Below, in pieces: positions 16,707-21,471 of a stretch of 21,471 nucleotides of DNA; the first letter of the stretch is position 1; each line of letters begins with the position of its first letter. The stretch covers positions 1 through 21,471 of the forward strand of contig JAINCQ010000033.1 of the NCBI GenBank assembly GCA_036574205.1, given 5' to 3'. The notes beneath the pieces were generated by a model that was given only the letters and a program-made list of their open reading frames with translations, searched no databases and was not told the DNA's origin. This DNA comes from Elusimicrobiota bacterium (GTDB lineage Bacteria; Elusimicrobiota; Elusimicrobia; Elusimicrobiales; UBA9959). The position numbers and the translations under genes were made by a program.

Positions 16707-17854
16707 AGGCTTTTAATGCTCCTTAAAGAAAGCCCTGCTGCGACACAAAGAGAGTTTAATATATGCCTTCCAATATTTGCTGGTTTATTTTCAACAAATG
16801 AAAAAGGATTTACAAACTCTACTGGAATTTTAATCTCATCATATATATATAGATTGATATTCTCTATGGCCGAAGATCCGCCGCATATGTATAATTTTGA
16901 TATTGTTGATTCCAATCCGCTTGAAGCAAAAAAATCTATGGATCTAGTTATATCCCCCACCATCTCTTTCAACACGCCAGACATAATCTTAGTAGCGGAT
17001 ATCGTAAGTGTATCATAATCCTGTATAGCTTTTAACTTATCTTCATCTGTAACAAGAATCTTCATGCTTTTTTTCAATTCATCCACTTTCGTAATATCTA
17101 CATTCATTTTTTTTGAAATAGCTCTATCTATGGAAGAACCAGCTATAAATATATCCCTCACAAGCTTTGAATAATACTCAGGCTTTAACTCTTTGTTCTC
17201 GCGAGCTATCAATAAATTATTGACAAGTATTGAAAGGTTTGTAACCTTATGCCCAACATTTGCTATCATAATTGATTTAGACTCATCCTTTGGCTCTTCC
17301 TCAATAAAATTAATAAGATTTTCAAGGGCAAAGCTGTCAATATCTATTAGTACAGGTAGAAGACCCGCATTTTTTAAAATATCTATCTTTTCATCTATAA
17401 CTTCCTTTTTCGCCGCCACAAGAACAACTTCCATCTTTATCTGGCCTTCTTCCTGAACGTTATTATTTACAATATAATAAGAAAGATAAACTTCATTTAT
17501 ATCAAAAGGGATAAACGCTTCAGCTTCAATAGTTATTTTATCAGCTAACTCTTTTTTATCAATCTTTGGAATTTTGATATATCTTATAATAACAGAATTT
17601 CCTGAAACAGATGTAGCCGCATATCTGGTCTTTATACCAGATTTTTTGACAAAACTTGAAATCTCTTCGGAAATTATATTTTTTCTCTCGGCAGGCTCTG
17701 TATTATCTGGAATACTTAAAGGAGTATATCCCCAGTTTTTAAGAATTATTTTTCCGTTATTCTTACCAAAAAGAACATACTTAATAGCATATGACCCAAT
17801 GTCAATACCTAAAATCTCATCCTGTGGAAAAAATGTTTTAAAGTATTTTCTCAT
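16703..17854 (-). CDS. pilM: Type IV pilus assembly protein PilM (actin-like)
   Basis: LGIDIGSYAIK, EAEAFIPFDI.EV, VVLVAAKKE, AGL.P..IDID.FAL, ICGGSS, VNPF and VAAGLSLR. Confidence 0.94.
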   Translation of the reverse strand: MRKYFKTFFPQDEILGIDIGSYAIKYVLFGKNNGKIILKNWGYTPLSIPDNTEPAERKNIISEEISSFVKKSGIKTRYAATSVSGNSVIIRYIKIPKIDKKELADKITIEAEAFIPFDINEVYLSYYIVNNNVQEEGQIKMEVVLVAAKKEVIDEKIDILKNAGLLPVLIDIDSFALENLINFIEEEPKDESKSIMIANVGHKVTNLSILVNNLLIARENKELKPEYYSKLVRDIFIAGSSIDRAISKKMNVDITKVDELKKSMKILVTDEDKLKAIQDYDTLTISATKIMSGVLKEMVGDITRSIDFFASSGLESTISKLYICGGSSAIENINLYIYDEIKIPVEFVNPFSFVENKPANIGRHILNSLCVAAGLSLRSIKSL

Positions 17855-17951
17855 ATAAAAAACTATATTAAATCTTCACATCTAAATATGCAGTCCAAAG
17901 CCAATTATAAGATTATTATATTAAATATTTATTTCATTTTTACAACATTTT

Positions 17952-18938
17952 TTACTTAATTTCATATGTCCCATCTTTAAGAATATCCCCAATAGAATCA
18001 AATTTATTAATATTCACCACACTTTCATAAAATAGATTCTCATAAGATTTTTTATTAAGTTTAAGAAACACTCCAACTGGTAAAGGAAACTCAGGTGGCA
18101 TAAGAGAAGCAACTGTGTAGGCAAGGTTTATATTAGTCTGGTCATAAATAGTTAGATTTGAAGGGATACTGCCTTTGGAAAACTCAACTATCCTTGGAAT
18201 ATTATTTTCGACAACAATAGCTTTATTTCTATCTTTACCAAATATCATTGGCTTGCCATTTTCAATTTTAAGCAAAACATCATCTTTTGTCTGAGGATTT
18301 TTTATCAGATCAAATTCCTTCTCAGTAAAGACAACGCATTTTTGAATAACCTCTATGAAAGCAAAACCTTCGTTTCTGGCTGCTTCAGTTATTATCTGAG
18401 TAGTACCATTGATATCGCTATCAATTGCTCTTGCCGCAAATGGACAACCAAGCCCAACAGCAAAAACCATTGGATTAAAAGGATAATCAATATTTCCAAT
18501 AGGAGTTGTTTTGGTTTTAGAACCTAACATAGTTGTTGGGGAAGCCTGACCTTTGGTAAGCGCATATATTCTATTATTGAACATTAAAACCTTCAATCCT
18601 ATATTTCTTCTTATACCATGTATAATATGATTGCCGCCTATAGATAAACAATCACCATCGCCTGTAACAACAAAAACCATAAGTTCAGGCTTTGAAAGCT
18701 TTATTCCAGTAGCTATTGGTATTGCTCTACCATGAATGGTATGAAATCCATAAGTATTAACATAATATGGAAAGCGGCTTGAACATCCAATACCAGAAAC
18801 AACAACATATTTTTCATGTTCAATTCCCAATTCAGCCATAGCCTTTTTAACAGATGTAAGTATCGCAAAATCTCCACAACCTGGACACCATTTAACAGGC
18901 AAATTTGAAGAAAAATCATTTGGAGTAAGATTTGTCAT
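17952..18938 (-). CDS. korB: 2-oxoacid:ferredoxin oxidoreductase beta subunit (TPP-binding)
   Basis: WCPGCGD, SGIGCSSR, HGRA.P.ATG, GDGD..SIGGNH and NN.IYALTKGQASPT; SD GAGGAGG. Substrate specificity is not proven. Confidence 0.92.
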   Translation of the reverse strand: MTNLTPNDFSSNLPVKWCPGCGDFAILTSVKKAMAELGIEHEKYVVVSGIGCSSRFPYYVNTYGFHTIHGRAIPIATGIKLSKPELMVFVVTGDGDCLSIGGNHIIHGIRRNIGLKVLMFNNRIYALTKGQASPTTMLGSKTKTTPIGNIDYPFNPMVFAVGLGCPFAARAIDSDINGTTQIITEAARNEGFAFIEVIQKCVVFTEKEFDLIKNPQTKDDVLLKIENGKPMIFGKDRNKAIVVENNIPRIVEFSKGSIPSNLTIYDQTNINLAYTVASLMPPEFPLPVGVFLKLNKKSYENLFYESVVNINKFDSIGDILKDGTYEIK

Positions 18939-18939
18939 A

Positions 18940-20787
18940 TTAATTAACCTCCTCTTTTATTGTTTTTATAACCTCATCAGCAGTATAAGGCTGTCCTGTA
19001 GTTTTAGTTACGCTTTTAATATTTAAAAGATAATTAGCCTTAAGAATATATGCAAACTGCCCTTTGTTTTCTTCAATAACTATTATCTTCTTAAACATTT
19101 TTAGCTTTTCCCCAAGGTCATTAGGTAAAGGATTTAAATATTTTATATTTATCGCCGCAACTTTAACTCCAGAAGATCTGAGGTGATTTACAGCAAAGCG
19201 TATAGCGCCATATGTAGAACCCCATCCAACAACAACACAACAGGCATCTTTATCTCCATATATTTCAGTTGGTGGAATTTCAGAAGCGACTTTCATTATT
19301 TTTTCCGTCCTGAAGTTTGTCATAAGCTGATGATTTTCAGGATCATAACTTACATTACCCTCTATATTTGATTTTTCAAGTCCACCTATTCTGTGTTCAT
19401 AACCTTTCATTGGAGGGAAAACCCAGGGTCTTGCTAATGTCTTTCCATCTCTTATGTAGGGTTTAAAATCCTGCGCAGATGGGATATGTGGAAGTTCAAA
19501 ATCTTTTAATTCAGAATTTGATGGTATTCTAAAAGGCTCTGAGCCCTGCGCTATATAAGCTGAGGAAAGCACAATAACCGGTGTCATATATTTTACAGCT
19601 ATTCTTGAAGCCTCATACACCGTATCAAAACAATCTGCAGGGCTTGTAGCAGCCATCACAACAACTGGACAGTCCCCATGTCTTCCAAAAATAGAAGCAA
19701 ATAAATCAGATTGTTCAGTTTTTGTAGGAAGACCGGTAGAAGGGCCACCTCTTTGAACATCTATAATAACAAGAGGCAACTCTGATATAACCGCAAGTCC
19801 CATAGCTTCAGTTTTAAGAGAAAGTCCGGGTCCACTTGTTCCAGTCGCAGATAAAACACCGGCATATGAAGCTCCTATAGAAGCGCATACAGCGGCAATT
19901 TCATCCTCAGCCTGAAAAACCACAACATCCTGACTTTTTAATTTTGAAAATGTATGCAATATTTCGCTTGCCGGAGTTATAGGATAAGAACCATAAAAAA
20001 CCTTCCTGCCAAGTTTTTTTCCAGCAGCAATAAGCGCATAACAACAAGCTTCATTACCCGTTACATTATGATATATCCCTTTTGGAAGATTACTTTTTTC
20101 AATTTTAAATCGCGCATCGAAAATTTCAGTATTTTCCGCATAGTTATAACCTGCATATAAAACCTTTTTATTTGCCTCAAGTATCTTCGGTTTTTTTGCA
20201 AATTTTTCGCTAATCCATTTCACAGTTGGATCAAGAGGCAAATCAAACATCCAGTATAAAACACCGAGCATAAAAAAGTTTTTTGTTTTTAATATTTCAG
20301 ATTTAGTAAGTCCACTTTCTTTTAATGTTTCTTCAACAAAATGATTGGCATCAAATGCAATTACTCTATAATTTGAAAGCGAACCATCTTCAAGAGGATT
20401 TGTATCATAACCTGCTTTTTTCAAATTTTCCTCTGTAAAATTGCCAGAATTGGCTATTATAACACTTCCTTTATCAAGATATTTTAAATTTACTTTCAAA
20501 GCGGCCGGGTTCATAACCACAAGGAATTCGGCTTTTGATCCTGGATTCATCACAGACTCATCTCCAAATGCTACCTGAAATCCACTTACACCACCTAAAC
20601 TCCCCTGAGGGGCTCTTATTTCTGCAGGATAATCTGGAAGTGTTGACAGCCCATTTCCACTTATAGCAGTAGCATTAGCAAACTGGCTGCCAACAAGCTG
20701 TATGCCATCGCCACTGTCTCCGGCAAATCTAATAACAGTAAGATTTTTCTGAGTAACACTTATTTTTCTTTTTGCTTTTTTATTCAT
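18940..20787 (-). CDS. korA: 2-oxoacid:acceptor oxidoreductase alpha subunit (fused gamma-alpha type)
   Basis: IRFAGDSGDG, YPAEIR, YPITPAS, QAEDEIAA, TSGPG, QRGGPSTGLPTKTEQSDL and GWGSTYG; SD AGGAG. Confidence 0.93.
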   Translation of the reverse strand: MNKKAKRKISVTQKNLTVIRFAGDSGDGIQLVGSQFANATAISGNGLSTLPDYPAEIRAPQGSLGGVSGFQVAFGDESVMNPGSKAEFLVVMNPAALKVNLKYLDKGSVIIANSGNFTEENLKKAGYDTNPLEDGSLSNYRVIAFDANHFVEETLKESGLTKSEILKTKNFFMLGVLYWMFDLPLDPTVKWISEKFAKKPKILEANKKVLYAGYNYAENTEIFDARFKIEKSNLPKGIYHNVTGNEACCYALIAAGKKLGRKVFYGSYPITPASEILHTFSKLKSQDVVVFQAEDEIAAVCASIGASYAGVLSATGTSGPGLSLKTEAMGLAVISELPLVIIDVQRGGPSTGLPTKTEQSDLFASIFGRHGDCPVVVMAATSPADCFDTVYEASRIAVKYMTPVIVLSSAYIAQGSEPFRIPSNSELKDFELPHIPSAQDFKPYIRDGKTLARPWVFPPMKGYEHRIGGLEKSNIEGNVSYDPENHQLMTNFRTEKIMKVASEIPPTEIYGDKDACCVVVGWGSTYGAIRFAVNHLRSSGVKVAAINIKYLNPLPNDLGEKLKMFKKIIVIEENKGQFAYILKANYLLNIKSVTKTTGQPYTADEVIKTIKEEVN

Positions 20788-20804
20788 AAATATCTCCTAA
20801 ATTT

Positions 20805-20833
20805 AATATACAATTTTAGCCTTTTTTTTTCAA
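20805..20833 (-). promoter_or_regulatory. Putative sigma70 promoter of korAB
   Basis: Minus strand TTGAAA (20833-20828), 17-nt spacer, TATATT (20810-20805), followed by the AGGAG SD and the ATG at 20787. Confidence 0.6.
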
Positions 20834-21104
20834 ATCTCAAAAAGTTATATGAAAATTAGAAAATATTATGGATGCTGGTAAGATATCCATACATATTGGA
20901 CTTTTTATGATCTTGAAAATACTCATTTAAACATCGGCGTTTGTTTATTTACTCTTTTAGGTGATCCTTAAATTATAATACTTCATAACCTTTTAGATAA
21001 CAATTCTCCAAGTGTTTATGTGTCGTTTAATTGCCTTCCAAATTTAAAATATTGTAAAATTTTTAGACGTTGCTTTAAAGTATTGTTTTTTAAAATCAAA
21101 AATT

Positions 21105-21471
21105 ATGTGTATTATTATTTCAAAAGCGAAGTTTGAAAGGACGAAGCCACATGTGAATGTAGGAACGATAGGACATGTTGACCATGGTAAGACGACACTT
21201 ACAGCAGCTATAACGAAGGTATTAGCAAAGAAAGGTCGATCCAGGGAGATGCAATATGCTGAGATAGCGAAAGGAGGGGTGGTAAGGGACTCATCAAAGA
21301 TATTAACAGTAGCGGTTAGCCATGTTGAATATGAGAGTGACACGAGGCATTATGCGCATATAGACTGTCCTGGACATGCCGATTATATAAAGAACATGAT
21401 AACTGGAGCTGCGCAGATGGACGGAGCGATATTGGTGGTAAGCGCGGCGGATGGTCCTATGCCACAGACGA
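21105..21471 (+). CDS. tuf: Elongation factor Tu, 5' part (runs off the window; absent from the ORF track)
   Basis: The frame from ATG 21105 reads [37 protein letters not shown]...[51 protein letters not shown]. The start codon is uncertain. Confidence 0.97.
   Translation, partial: MCIIISKAKFERTKPHVNVGTIGHVDHGKTTLTAAITKVLAKKGRSREMQYAEIAKGGVVRDSSKILTVAVSHVEYESDTRHYAHIDCPGHADYIKNMITGAAQMDGAILVVSAADGPMPQT

Noticed and set aside
17886..17906. Sigma54-like TGGC...TGCA upstream of pilM (minus strand)
   Set aside because: The GG-to-GC spacing is 9 nt instead of the required 10.
594..20160. Short ORFs nested in longer genes (594-791, 798-1085, 2566-2913, 3522-3713, 5766-5972, 5869-6150, 6211-6555, 6335-6520, 10908-11192, 13178-13381, 14671-14889, 16668-17018, 17193-17456, 17574-17858, 18342-18527, 18713-18919, 19183-19371, 19954-20160)
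   Set aside because: They are antisense or alternate-frame shadows of well-supported genes and carry no recognisable motifs.
20834..21090. Possible pseudogene or ncRNA in the korA-tuf gap
   Set aside because: Only very short ORFs, no recognisable homology and no strong secondary structure by eye.
21044..21343. 99-aa minus-strand ORF
   Set aside because: It is the antisense shadow of tuf, which is on the plus strand.

Overview
AT-rich, gene-dense chromosomal window from a diderm, probably anaerobic bacterium. Gene content and protein style suggest Elusimicrobiota, but that is inference only. From left to right it holds: a tRNA-Glu(CTC) gene on the minus strand, followed by a GC-rich, highly structured ~146-bp unit that duplicates the tRNA 3' end; a lytic transglycosylase; a two-gene flavin/Fe-S amine-dehydrogenase-like pair; a divergent operon of an M16 peptidase pair, a GtrA protein and a UGM-like flavoprotein; a cardiolipin-synthase-like PLD coupled to an unknown secreted protein; an O-antigen-ligase/O-OTase-like gene directly behind pilMNOPQ; a 2-oxoacid:ferredoxin oxidoreductase (alpha/beta); and the 5' part of tuf, cut by the window end. 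Most genes are ordinary housekeeping or envelope genes, and there is no CRISPR array, transposase or integrase. The most unusual signals are (i) the tRNA-linked structured repeat at 9-212, with a compensatory base pair, recurring GC-GNNNA-GC loops and an antisense copy of the tRNA T-arm, and (ii) an EF-Tu with a non-canonical switch I region, ATT where the usual start codon lies, no Shine-Dalgarno and an atypical genomic context. No database searches were run; all family calls come from motifs recognised by eye.
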